Of a stretch of DNA of 64,000 nt, positions 1 to 8,999 are shown piece after piece. The DNA is taken from contig CAZLFZ010000002.1 in NCBI GenBank assembly GCA_964559215.1, forward strand, positions 18,195 to 82,194, read 5' to 3'. The notes under the pieces are model-generated. The model had not been told where the DNA came from. It was given only the letters and a program-made list of their open reading frames with translations, and made no database searches. The DNA is from an uncultured archaeon. Lineage in GTDB: Archaea > Aenigmatarchaeota > Aenigmatarchaeia > QMZP01 > JAFGSV01. Position numbers and translations under genes: made by a program. Each line of letters opens with the position of its first letter. Within the stretch, counting starts at the first letter, position 1.

Positions 1-143
1 GCATAACGGTATAATGAAGGGAAGGCCTGTTAATTCAATTTCCGGGCTAGACATTATTGACGATTTCAGTAGGATTCCGGCACCATGCGACAGTTTTTGT
101 TCAAGCTGGGGAGGTTTGTGCAAGGCTGGTCGGGGGCGGAGGT

Positions 144-189
144 TGTGTAAAAAGTCAACGTTTTGTGTATAAGGGGTTGTGTAGAAAAC
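144..189. repeat. Cluster of three TGTGTA(A/T/G)AA motifs (reverse orientation of TTTTACACA); 144-169 is a perfect inverted copy of 2737-2762
   Basis: tgtgtaaaaagtcaacgttttgtgta (144-169) is the exact reverse complement of tacacaaaacgttgactttttacaca (2737-2762). Confidence 0.85.
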
Positions 190-441
190 GTATTAAAATT
201 TGGTAAATTTGGGTTCTTCTCAGAAAAATTTGGTGGGTTTTCTTCGTAAAATGATCAATCAAAAATTAATTTAAATAAAAATTATCAACTTAACAGATCA
301 TTTCTAAACAGCCGGTACCTTTAGGGTTCGAAGTTTTATTATTCCGTCCAAAAAAGGATGCAACCCCTCCCACGGTTAGGATGCGAACCGGTAATATGGG
401 GCTTTGCATTAAAACGTACTTCGGTATATCGCGTCTTTGCT

Positions 442-1092
442 TTATTCGAAAATTTCCCTGACCTTCTCTTCAACGTCTTTTCTCACTATGAGCACGACAC
501 TGTCCCCCACTTTCAGCTTTTCCGTTTCTTGCGGTATGATAAAGCTGCCTTCCCTCTTTATCGCAACCACGAGGGACTCCATGGGAAGCTCGATTTTCAC
601 CACCGCCCTGTTCGCGGCCTTCGATTTCTTCTTAACCTCCAACTCGAGCAAATCCAGCTGGCCCTTGTGCATGATTGCCATATCAACGATATTCGGCTCC
701 AGTATCATGCCTTTTAGTTCTTCAACCGTTGATGTTTCGGGGGAGACCACATTGCTGACCCCGATTTTCAGGAATATTTTTTTGTACTCCTCTTTCGTGG
801 CCCTTGTTATTATAGCCGCATTGGAAAGCTCCTTCGCAACAAGACAGACCAGCAGGTTTATTTCATCCTCGCCGGTGACAACAACGAGCACATCGGCTTC
901 CTTCACCCCCGCCTCTTCCAGAACATCCGGTTCGGTTGCATCGCCGTGTATGACCGTCGCATTCAGCTCGTCGGCCAGGGCCTTGCACAAGTCCTCGTCC
1001 CTCTCTATCAAAACGATGTCCTGCTTCTTTTTGGACAGGGATTTTGTCAGCCCCGACCCGATCTCGCCACCGCCGACTATCATTATCCTCAT
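442..1092 (-). CDS. trkA: TrkA-family K+ uptake NAD-binding subunit (RCK N and C domains)
   Basis: N-terminal IVGGGEIG Rossmann motif, HGDAT, NLLVCL; adjacent to trkH. Confidence 0.93.
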   Translation of the reverse strand: MRIMIVGGGEIGSGLTKSLSKKKQDIVLIERDEDLCKALADELNATVIHGDATEPDVLEEAGVKEADVLVVVTGEDEINLLVCLVAKELSNAAIITRATKEEYKKIFLKIGVSNVVSPETSTVEELKGMILEPNIVDMAIMHKGQLDLLELEVKKKSKAANRAVVKIELPMESLVVAIKREGSFIIPQETEKLKVGDSVVLIVRKDVEEKVREIFE

Positions 1093-1095
1093 AGC

Positions 1096-2460
1096 CTATC
1101 TACCCCTTATGACGTAAATGATGAATATCAGCACGGACCATATCTCCAGCCTTCCAATCCACATGTTAAATATTAGGACAGTCTTGCTTATTATGCTTAA
1201 TTCCGGTATGACGGACAATCCGACATTCCCCTGGGCCGAAGCGGCCTGGAACAGGGAATCAACCGCCGAGTTTCCATGGAACATCAGAACGAAACTGGAA
1301 AACACAAGGAAAATTATGTAAATCCCTATGAACTTGAAAATCGCCTGGACCTCTTCATCCGTATAACTGATATTCCCTATTCTCATCGGTGGGATAAGCC
1401 TGGGCTTCAGCAACTTCTTTATGTTATCACTGATCGTATTGAAGAATATCAGAACCCTGTTGAGCTTCAAAGCCCCCACCGTTGAACCCGCCGCTCCCCC
1501 GAAAATCATCAGAACAATAAGCACAGACTTGGAGTAATCGCCCCATCCGGTCAGGTTCTGCACCTGGAATCCTGAACACGTTATGCCCGAGACCGCGTGG
1601 AAAACACCTGCCCTCAAGGAATGGAAAGGCAGCAACAGCAAGGTTGCCACAATAATGAGCACTATCAGGGTGAGGGTTTGCGTGTCCTTGAGCGCTTTTT
1701 TCCTGTCCCCCGCGATCAATTGATAGTGCATGAAAAAGGAAACGGCCCCCAGCACCATTATGAGCATCATGACAACCTCTATCCCGAAAGAGTCGTACAG
1801 GCCTATGCTTTCCGGATGCACCCCCATGCCCCCGGTTGCTATCCCCGTCATGGCATAATTGACCGAATCGAACAAAGGCATGCCGACAAGGAAGAGCAAG
1901 AAGATGCCGACAATCGTGTAAAAAATGTATATCCACCAGATGGTCTTCAAGGCGTTTATTACATTGGGCTTTATCCTTTCATGCCCCTCGATGATGTACA
2001 GGGTGTTGGCGGTCTTGAACAAACCCGACAAAGCAAGGATTACTATGCCTATGCCCCCGACCCATTGCTCTAAACTCCTCCAGAAGAGTATGGATTTGGA
2101 CGTCCTTTCCAGGTCCAGCAAGCTGAAACCGGTTGTTGTCCAGGCGCTCATTGATTCGAACAGGGCGTCCACAAAAGGGACATTCTCCACGAAAACGAAA
2201 GGTATCGTACTTATCAGCGTCACCACCAGCCAGATCATCGCAACCGTGGCCATCCCTTCCTTGAACTTGGTTCCTTGTTCGGTGTAGAATGCCCTTTCAA
2301 GGGTAAGCCCCAAGATAAAGGATATCAAAAAGCCAATGAAAAAGTACTGGATAGAATGGTATTCACCGTATATGATTGCAACTATTATAGGGACGAGAAA
2401 AACAAATCCGGCGTATTTCAAACAAGTTCCCAGAGACTTCAACACCACTTTCGTTTCCAT
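1096..2460 (-). CDS. trkH: TrkH-family K+ uptake membrane protein
   Basis: FESMSAWTTTG, QWVGGIG, ATGG, GGAAGSTVG, GNVG and GRLE pore signatures. Confidence 0.95.
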   Translation of the reverse strand: METKVVLKSLGTCLKYAGFVFLVPIIVAIIYGEYHSIQYFFIGFLISFILGLTLERAFYTEQGTKFKEGMATVAMIWLVVTLISTIPFVFVENVPFVDALFESMSAWTTTGFSLLDLERTSKSILFWRSLEQWVGGIGIVILALSGLFKTANTLYIIEGHERIKPNVINALKTIWWIYIFYTIVGIFLLFLVGMPLFDSVNYAMTGIATGGMGVHPESIGLYDSFGIEVVMMLIMVLGAVSFFMHYQLIAGDRKKALKDTQTLTLIVLIIVATLLLLPFHSLRAGVFHAVSGITCSGFQVQNLTGWGDYSKSVLIVLMIFGGAAGSTVGALKLNRVLIFFNTISDNIKKLLKPRLIPPMRIGNISYTDEEVQAIFKFIGIYIIFLVFSSFVLMFHGNSAVDSLFQAASAQGNVGLSVIPELSIISKTVLIFNMWIGRLEIWSVLIFIIYVIRGR

Positions 2461-2730
2461 TCGATTCCCTGCACACTTATTGTTTGCAATTGTTTATAGT
2501 ATTTAGATGCCCGTTTAATGAAGCTGATGGAAGCATGTATCCTTCGATTTTTGAACCAACCCCAATTAATTTTATCATCGAAAGTAAGCTTAAAAATTTG
2601 GCTGTGTAGAAATCATATTTGTTAGGGTGCCTCCCTAACTATTTATTGTACAACGGTTCTGGAAACTTTGAGAGGTTGTGAACTTGATGCTCCTTTTGAT
2701 TTTTTAGAATAAATGTTTGCTCACATTTCC

Positions 2731-2782
2731 ACTTTTTACACAAAACGTTGACTTTTTACACAGAAGGCACTTTTTACACAAA
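2731..2782. repeat. Three direct copies of ACTTTTTACACA (2731, 2751, 2769); an inverted variant TGTGTAGAAA lies at 2603
   Basis: Read directly; spacing 20 and 18 bp. Confidence 0.85.
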
Positions 2783-2880
2783 AACGATTTTTGCTGAAAC
2801 GCTTATAAAGCTATTAGTTCAAGAAGGGGCAATGGGCGTCTGGAGTTCATTCTCTTTTCGCCTCAATTGGAGGAGATATT

Positions 2881-3054
2881 ATGGGAAATTTCGGCAATCG
2901 CGGATCCAGAGGCCCCAGAAGGGATTTTGGTCCGAGAGAAATGCACAAGGCAATCTGCGCGGAATGTAAGAAAGAATGTGAAGTTCCGTTCAAACCGACA
3001 GAAGGCAGGCCGGTATATTGCAAAGAATGCTTCGCGAAAAGAAGAGAATTTTAA
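2881..3054 (+). CDS. CxxC-x17-CxxC zinc-finger small protein (57 aa, below the ORF-track cutoff)
   Basis: Translates to MGNFGNRGSRGPRRDFGPREMHKAICAECKKECEVPFKPTEGRPVYCKECFAKRREF; GGAGGAG RBS upstream. Confidence 0.9.
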   Translation: MGNFGNRGSRGPRRDFGPREMHKAICAECKKECEVPFKPTEGRPVYCKECFAKRREF

Positions 3055-3144
3055 TTAGGCGCGTTCTTTAAACAACAGTAATTGATTTTAGGTTTTTTTA
3101 CATTTTGGATTTCAGCAAGCAAGAATCAACGTTAAAAACAAAGA

Positions 3145-3885
3145 TTATAATCTCAATTTGCCTTTCTGAAATTCCCTGATTATCATTCTTGCAGCTCTCT
3201 GAACGTCAGGCAGTCCGCCCTTTTTCAATAAATGCGCTTTTAGGGCAATTTTTTCAATGGTCTCACTGTGATCATCTTCGGGGCCAACTCCGAAATATTT
3301 CTCAATGACACCTGGATATTTTTTCATTACGTTTTCCAAGGCGTCGACCGGGTCTTTAACTCTATCGAAATCGGTTGAGCCTATGAGGAGATGTTTCAAT
3401 CTATCCCTTTCACCATACGGAATAACACCAGGAGTATCGATTAAAAGTATTCTTTTTTCAGTCCGAATAAATTTTTCCGATTTCGTGTGTCCTGAAATTA
3501 TGCTTGTAGAAGCAGATTTTCTCCCCTTCAACATGTTAATGATCGATGATTTACCCACATTGGGATACCCGAGTACACCAACTTTCAAGGAGCAGTTTTT
3601 CCCATATTTCCTTTCCCCGATTATGAATATCCTTTCCCTGAGGTTTGATTTTCCACTACGGTTGGTTGCTGACACCAGCACATATGGCCTTGGAATGCTG
3701 CTTTCATCGATATTATCCTTCAGGTCGGTCTTGGTAACAGCATAGAAATATGGCTTATTTTGTTTTTTGATTTTTGCGATAATTTCGTCATTTACCGTTT
3801 CGTGAATGAATCTCGCATCTAAAACGATTACCAGGATGTCAGACTTTCTAATAGTTGAATTTACTGAATTCCATGATTTTTTCAT
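3145..3885 (-). CDS. RbgA/YlqF-family circularly permuted GTPase
   Basis: VLDAR, TKTD, GYPNVGKSS, DTPG in permuted order; ATG at 3885 chosen because the upstream extension is repeat sequence. Confidence 0.9.
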   Translation of the reverse strand: MKKSWNSVNSTIRKSDILVIVLDARFIHETVNDEIIAKIKKQNKPYFYAVTKTDLKDNIDESSIPRPYVLVSATNRSGKSNLRERIFIIGERKYGKNCSLKVGVLGYPNVGKSSIINMLKGRKSASTSIISGHTKSEKFIRTEKRILLIDTPGVIPYGERDRLKHLLIGSTDFDRVKDPVDALENVMKKYPGVIEKYFGVGPEDDHSETIEKIALKAHLLKKGGLPDVQRAARMIIREFQKGKLRL

Positions 3886-3923
3886 AATGAACAAACAACA
3901 AGAGTAAATAAAAGTGCAACCTA

Positions 3924-4002
3924 GACTTTCTACACAAACCCCTGACTTTTTACACAGAACGGACTTATCACACAAAGCCGGTTCTATGGCTGTGTAGAAA
4001 AC
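3924..4002. repeat. Third motif cluster: GACTTTCTACACA, GACTTTTTACACA, GACTTATCACACA plus inverted TGTGTAGAAAAC
   Basis: 3943-3959 is identical to 2749-2765 (17 bp); 3987-4000 is identical to 2599-2612 (14 bp). Confidence 0.8.
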
Positions 4003-4243
4003 ATCAATAAGAACAAAGTAATTATTTTGTCAGCTATGTTCATTCTCTCACCAATTCCAGATTTCCCCGGCTGTTTATTGAAATCAGTTATTTCTCTGAT
4101 TTAAGTTCTTTAGGTCTAGCTTCTATCTAGGTATTTTGATGGTCCTGGCTCTTGGCTTGTTAATTTCGCCCTTAAATCGGATGTATTATAACTGTTAAGT
4201 AGGTAATCGTAATGAATTTAAAACTATACACCACTTCTTATTT

Positions 4244-6001
4244 ATGTCAGAAAGTGTCCCAAAAGGCATCGAACTCGGAAAGGTTGGGTATCTTGGCCCA
4301 AAACATACTTTTACACACGTAGCAGGCAGGGGTATCGTGGACAGATATTATCCTGGCTCTGAAAATCCTGATTCTCCCCTCGTTGGGATGAAAAACAATC
4401 TCGGGGTAATAAAAGCCGTATCCGAAGGGAAAGTGGATTCAGGCGTTGTTACCATCCAAAACCTTTATGGAGGCCGGGTACCTGATGTGGTGGCAGGTCT
4501 TTACGAATTTGCCAAATCCCACAATGTGAGAATAGTGGATTCCATCAACGTTCCAATCACGATGTGCATCGGGGGCGTGTGTGATAGTGAAAAAGTAAAT
4601 AAGGTGGCATCCAAAGATGTGGCATTGCAGCAGTGTTCAAAATATCTTGAACAACATCATCCAAACGCTGAATGGGAATATATCGAAAGCACTGCGAGAG
4701 GAATGGAGCTCGTTGCCGCGAGAGAACCCAGATACGAATTTGCAGCAGCTCTTGGTGCAAGGCAAGGATTTGAGGAATTTGGAATCGATATATTTGACGA
4801 AGATATCGCAAATGTCACTCCAAACAAGACCAGGTTCCTTCTCATCAAGTCTGGAAAAATTAGGCATGGCCGATCAAAAAAGGGTACGACGGATGTCACA
4901 ACGGTTGCTGTGGAACCTTGCAGAACCTATAGGAATCTATCCGGTGAATTGTTAGACCTCGCAAACGATTGCGGGACTGTGGTCAAATACGTATATACAA
5001 AACCGACAGGCACGGATTACGAAACCGTTTTTCTGGATATCATTGGCCATCGCTCTGAAAAAAATGTTCAGCTTTTTTTATCCAAACTTAAACAAGGCAG
5101 TATCGGGAAGAAAACGGATCACGTATTACTTGGCTGTTACCCGTTCTACGAATTCTTCGAGCCTAATATAAGAAGGATTGGCATAGTTGGAGGCACAGCG
5201 GGCTTAAATAAGCTGGTGGGTGATTTTTACACAAATTGCGGTTATGATACCCATGTGGCGCGAGACGATGAAAAATCCATTAAATTCGTCGCGAGAAATT
5301 CTGACGTTATTGTCGTTAACAGGGCCGGGAGAAAAAGACTTGTGAAAATTCTGCCGATGATCAAAGACTATCTAGGTTCCGAAAAATTGCTGGTTATTAA
5401 CTCGTCAAATCCGAACCATGTCAAGCAAGGGATGTCTGATGTTAAATTGGACGCAAATATATTGTTCATGGATGCTCCCGTTGCAAAGAAGGCACCAATT
5501 ACAGGGCAAAATGTTATTTTCATAGGCGATGTTGATCTAACTCCCGGGTCGATACAGTCAGAATTCGTTGCGGTTTATGATGGCAAAAAGGCAAACGTAT
5601 CATTTACCGATTTCGATACTCACAAATTGTATAGGGATTTCTCAACGGAAGGTCTAACGCTTGCATCTTTGTTTTATGTTGATTTGGCAAGAAGATTGGG
5701 AATTGATTTTGGTAAGCTTGGTGATTTTACAAGTCCGCCTGAAGCAATTCTTGCTGATCTGGCAAGGAAAACGGTTGCTTACAACCCGGATGTTGTTTCC
5801 AATCACCTGCAAAGATTTTTACATGATAAAGGCGGCGTAGTCAAGGCGTGCGGGGAGGGAATTTCCAAAACGCCAGACCTTTCGGAGGATGATATCAGGA
5901 AAGTGATTCAAGAGGCCATAGACGCAACCACCGATATTCATGGGGCCATCGAAAGGGTAACTTCATTGTATAGACACATGCACGGCCCCGCAGATTTATG
6001 A
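4244..6001 (+). CDS. Prephenate dehydratase + ACT + divergent prephenate-dehydrogenase-like fusion
   Basis: YLGPKHTFT, ALQQCSKYL, ESTA, NKTRF, LLGCYP in the N-terminal half; IGIVGG Rossmann start in the C-terminal half. Confidence 0.75.
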   Translation: MSESVPKGIELGKVGYLGPKHTFTHVAGRGIVDRYYPGSENPDSPLVGMKNNLGVIKAVSEGKVDSGVVTIQNLYGGRVPDVVAGLYEFAKSHNVRIVDSINVPITMCIGGVCDSEKVNKVASKDVALQQCSKYLEQHHPNAEWEYIESTARGMELVAAREPRYEFAAALGARQGFEEFGIDIFDEDIANVTPNKTRFLLIKSGKIRHGRSKKGTTDVTTVAVEPCRTYRNLSGELLDLANDCGTVVKYVYTKPTGTDYETVFLDIIGHRSEKNVQLFLSKLKQGSIGKKTDHVLLGCYPFYEFFEPNIRRIGIVGGTAGLNKLVGDFYTNCGYDTHVARDDEKSIKFVARNSDVIVVNRAGRKRLVKILPMIKDYLGSEKLLVINSSNPNHVKQGMSDVKLDANILFMDAPVAKKAPITGQNVIFIGDVDLTPGSIQSEFVAVYDGKKANVSFTDFDTHKLYRDFSTEGLTLASLFYVDLARRLGIDFGKLGDFTSPPEAILADLARKTVAYNPDVVSNHLQRFLHDKGGVVKACGEGISKTPDLSEDDIRKVIQEAIDATTDIHGAIERVTSLYRHMHGPADL

Positions 6002-6083
6002 TACTCAACGTCTTTTGGTTCAAACATTAAGCTTAAAAAATTTGGTGCCAAATACTTGTATTCAGGATCGGTGAAGTGATTTC

Positions 6084-6365
6084 ATGCCAAAGAACAGGGT
6101 GAGGAGACACTCGAAGACGAGATTTTATAACAGGCCCCCGCCAGGGGGGGATTACAAAGCAAGGATTCGTCAGCAAAAAAGATACCTTGAAAATTCTTCG
6201 GTAGATTTCACTGGTTTAGGAACTCTTGGCCGCAGCGGGCAGACATTTCCGCCATATGGCCAAGGGGGTGAAGTGATTTATAGGAAGGGTGAAGGGCCTA
6301 AAAAAGAACCACCCGTATCTTCATACAGACCGTCATCTTTTGGTTATGGCGACCTGGCTTGGTAA
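6084..6365 (+). CDS. Hypothetical protein
   Basis: ATG ORF with GGTGA-like RBS and upstream TATA-like TTAAAAA. Confidence 0.5.
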   Translation: MPKNRVRRHSKTRFYNRPPPGGDYKARIRQQKRYLENSSVDFTGLGTLGRSGQTFPPYGQGGEVIYRKGEGPKKEPPVSSYRPSSFGYGDLAW

Positions 6366-6408
6366 TTATTAGTACGTAAAATAAAAATACCCTTTTGTTA
6401 TTATTAAT

Positions 6409-6723
6409 ATGAACGAGCTGGCCGTTGCCGGGGTCACCATTGCTGTTGCCGCAGGGTTATCCCTCGCCGTTTACCATTACTGGCGTCACAGGAGATGGGC
6501 AAGCAGCTTCCTGCTCTTCTTGCTGCCGGTGCTGGCTTATTTCCTGTGGCATTTCTCGGTTGAGGCATACCAGTGGGGGGAGGTGTGGAGAACCGCCAGG
6601 GAGGTGACTCTCGAACTGGACATCGCCGTAGCCCTGATAGACCTCAAGCTCCTTTTCACGGTTTTCATGCTGCTGTTGTGGATTTATGTGTGGAACAGCG
6701 TCGATATCGGGGATAGAAGGTAG
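6409..6723 (+). CDS. Hypothetical membrane protein (about 3 TM)
   Basis: Hydrophobic segments; ATG after AT-rich spacer. Confidence 0.6.
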   Translation: MNELAVAGVTIAVAAGLSLAVYHYWRHRRWASSFLLFLLPVLAYFLWHFSVEAYQWGEVWRTAREVTLELDIAVALIDLKLLFTVFMLLLWIYVWNSVDIGDRR

Positions 6724-6777
6724 CTAAACCGAAAAAAATAGGTAGTGTTTATTAGTGTTTGCACCCAAAATCTCAAT

Positions 6778-7068
6778 ATGAAAGCCCTTGCTTTTGTCTT
6801 AACCGCGTTAATTTCGATTTTAGTGGTTTCTGCGGCTGTGCCCACCGCTCTTGCGGACGACGGCGAGACCGCCGCAGACCAGGAAAAAGACCAAACCAAT
6901 GAATCCCTGAGCACGAGCGTCGCTTTCGGCAAGGTTTGCGTGACCGTGGTTGAATGGCGTCCCGACCTGGCTGGAATCGGTGCCGGCCTGTTCACGCACA
7001 GCGAGTTTGATTTCTCCAGGTTTTTCGATGAAGTGGGCAAGTCGCTAGCAAGCCTGCTCGGGCTTTGA
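6778..7068 (+). CDS. Hypothetical secreted protein
   Basis: MKALAFVLT... signal-peptide-like N-terminus. Confidence 0.6.
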   Translation: MKALAFVLTALISILVVSAAVPTALADDGETAADQEKDQTNESLSTSVAFGKVCVTVVEWRPDLAGIGAGLFTHSEFDFSRFFDEVGKSLASLLGL

Positions 7069-7094
7069 AGTCTGTTTATTTGTTTGCTGGCTTT

Positions 7095-7301
7095 TTATAC
7101 CGGTTCGCGCTGCCTCAGCAACAGCCACAGGACAAGCAGGAAACAGAATACCGAGAATATGAACCCGGAAAACACGAACATGAAGCCTACGTTGTAAATT
7201 TCAGGGCTTTTGAGCTCCACGCCCTTGAACATCATGTTCCCGCCGTGAAAGAGTATGATGAATATGAGGAACAGCAAGCTGAGATACACCTTGATGTCCA
7301 T
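7095..7301 (-). CDS. Small hypothetical membrane protein
   Basis: Two hydrophobic segments. Confidence 0.4.
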   Translation of the reverse strand: MDIKVYLSLLFLIFIILFHGGNMMFKGVELKSPEIYNVGFMFVFSGFIFSVFCFLLVLWLLLRQREPV

Positions 7302-7348
7302 ATTGATTATTGCTTTGTTCTGAATAAAAAGTTTAGGCTATATTTAGG

Positions 7349-7603
7349 CTATATTTTGATTCGCGAGAATGTTCTCATAAGCGCTATTCTCAGACCTGAC
7401 GCGAGAAGAGCAACGGAGACGGAGATGAGCAGGATGGACAACGGATCGATGTCGATTCTGCCCCTGATGAGGCATGGAATGAGCTGTATCAGTAAACCGA
7501 CAACGGAAACGAGTATGAAAACTACCGCGAAAGTCAGGAATGTGCTCGCCAACAACTTTACAATGATTCTGAACAAAAGAGCTTCCAGGTCCATCAGGCC
7601 CAC
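7349..7603 (-). CDS. Small hypothetical membrane protein
   Basis: Two hydrophobic segments; start uncertain. Confidence 0.4.
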   Translation of the reverse strand: MGLMDLEALLFRIIVKLLASTFLTFAVVFILVSVVGLLIQLIPCLIRGRIDIDPLSILLISVSVALLASGLRIALMRTFSRIKI

Positions 7604-7680
7604 GGTTTATTTTTGGTCCCGAATCTATATTAATAATCTGGAATTTCTATATCTATTGAGGTTCTGTTGAGGTGCCTGGC

Positions 7681-8865
7681 ATGCAGTTGTGGACCGAAAA
7701 GCACAAGCCCAAAAGAGTAGAAGATGTGGTAGGCCAGAAGAGGGCGATACTCGATACTCTCGATTTTCTCGACAATTGGCAACCTGGGCATGCCTTGCTG
7801 TTTCACGGGCCGGCTGGTGTGGGCAAAACCCTGCTGGCCGAGGTTGCTGCCCAGGAAAGGGACTGGGCGCTCGTGCAAATCAACGCGTCCGATTCGAGAA
7901 CGGGGAAAGAACTCGAGGGGCTGCTGGGCCAGAGCTCGCGGCAGCAGACCCTGTTCCACCCTGGGAAAATCATACTCATAGACGAAGTTGACGGCATAAG
8001 CGGCAGGGAGAGGGGCGCGGGATCGAGCATAGTCAAGATAATAAAGAATTCAAAATTCCCGATAATATTGTCCGCGAATGACGTATGGAAACCCAAGCTA
8101 AGGCCGTTGAGGCAGTACTGCACCATGGTCAAATTCAACAGGATACCCTATCCGAGCATAGCCAAGAGGCTGAGGGAGATTGCGAAAAGGGAGAACGTAA
8201 AAGCCGACGACGGGGTGCTTAAAGACCTGGCGAGATGGGCGTCTGGAGACATCAGGTCCGCGTTGCTTGACCTGCAACTGCTGTCGGCCGGGCACGACTC
8301 TGTTACGGAGCACGACCTGGATGCCCTTGGATACAGGGAAAGGGAGAGGACCATCCTGAATGTCCTGCCGACGCTGTTCTTTTCGGGGTCGCTGAAAGCC
8401 TCGAGGAAGGTGATCCGGGAAGTGGGCAAAGACCCGGACGAGGTTTTCTGGTGGCTGGAGAGCAACCTCGCGCTCGCGTACAAGGACATCGGTTCGCTGG
8501 CAGATGGCTATGAACTGCTGGCCAAGGCCAATCTGTTCAGGTCCATCGTCCTCAAGCAGCAGAACTGGAGATTCAAGGCCTACATGATCGACCTGATGTC
8601 AGGGGTTTCCCTGTTCAAGGACGAGCACCACGGGTTTGTCCCGTTCAAGGCTCCTTACAGGCTTGTCAGACTAGGGCAGACAAGGCAAAAAAGGGCGCTG
8701 CTGGGCTCCTTGTCCAGAAAGCTTGGCGAGCGCCTGCACTGCTCATCGCGTGTCATAAAAAGGGAATACCTCCCTTACCTGCGCTTCATGCTGCTCAAGA
8801 AGGCCGAGTTGGCAGAGGAATACGAGCTGACAGAAGAAGAGCTTGATGCGATAAAGAAATACTGA
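7681..8865 (+). CDS. rfcL: Replication factor C large subunit
   Basis: WTEKHKP, GPAGVGKT, INASD, IDEVDG, GDIRS; RFC-L-type C-terminus. Confidence 0.92.
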   Translation: MQLWTEKHKPKRVEDVVGQKRAILDTLDFLDNWQPGHALLFHGPAGVGKTLLAEVAAQERDWALVQINASDSRTGKELEGLLGQSSRQQTLFHPGKIILIDEVDGISGRERGAGSSIVKIIKNSKFPIILSANDVWKPKLRPLRQYCTMVKFNRIPYPSIAKRLREIAKRENVKADDGVLKDLARWASGDIRSALLDLQLLSAGHDSVTEHDLDALGYRERERTILNVLPTLFFSGSLKASRKVIREVGKDPDEVFWWLESNLALAYKDIGSLADGYELLAKANLFRSIVLKQQNWRFKAYMIDLMSGVSLFKDEHHGFVPFKAPYRLVRLGQTRQKRALLGSLSRKLGERLHCSSRVIKREYLPYLRFMLLKKAELAEEYELTEEELDAIKKY

Positions 8866-8866
8866 A

Positions 8867-8970
8867 GGGGGCCCGCCAGGGATTCCATTATTATATAATT
8901 TTTTTATCAATGTTTTGATTTGGGAAATAATAATGCAAACTGGTAATGATGGGATGGGTCCCACGGTAAG
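8867..8970. ncRNA. Candidate structured element (GC-rich closing stem, alternative pairings)
   Basis: GGGGCCCG (8868-8875) pairs with TGGGTCCC (8955-8962); ATTCCATTATTAT can pair with GTAATGATGGGAT; shares two blocks with 368-400. Confidence 0.35.
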
Positions 8971-8999
8971 CTTAAATAGTATAAAAATATATCTCACAT

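Noticed and set aside
311..335. GGGTTCGAA T-loop-like motif
   Set aside because: No T-stem partner or cloverleaf could be built
2731..2782. Possible CRISPR array
   Set aside because: 12-bp units with 6-8-bp gaps, far too short for repeats and spacers; no cas genes
3886..3975. N-terminal extension of the GTPase ORF, and ORFs 2748-2969 and 2867-3058
   Set aside because: These translate the repeat clusters or are out of frame with the real CxxC-x17-CxxC gene
8867..8965. tmRNA- or tRNA-like gene (GGGGCCC stem, GCAAAC resume-like motif)
   Set aside because: No T-arm or CCA, the G-U pair is not at 3-70, too short; kept only as an unnamed structured candidate
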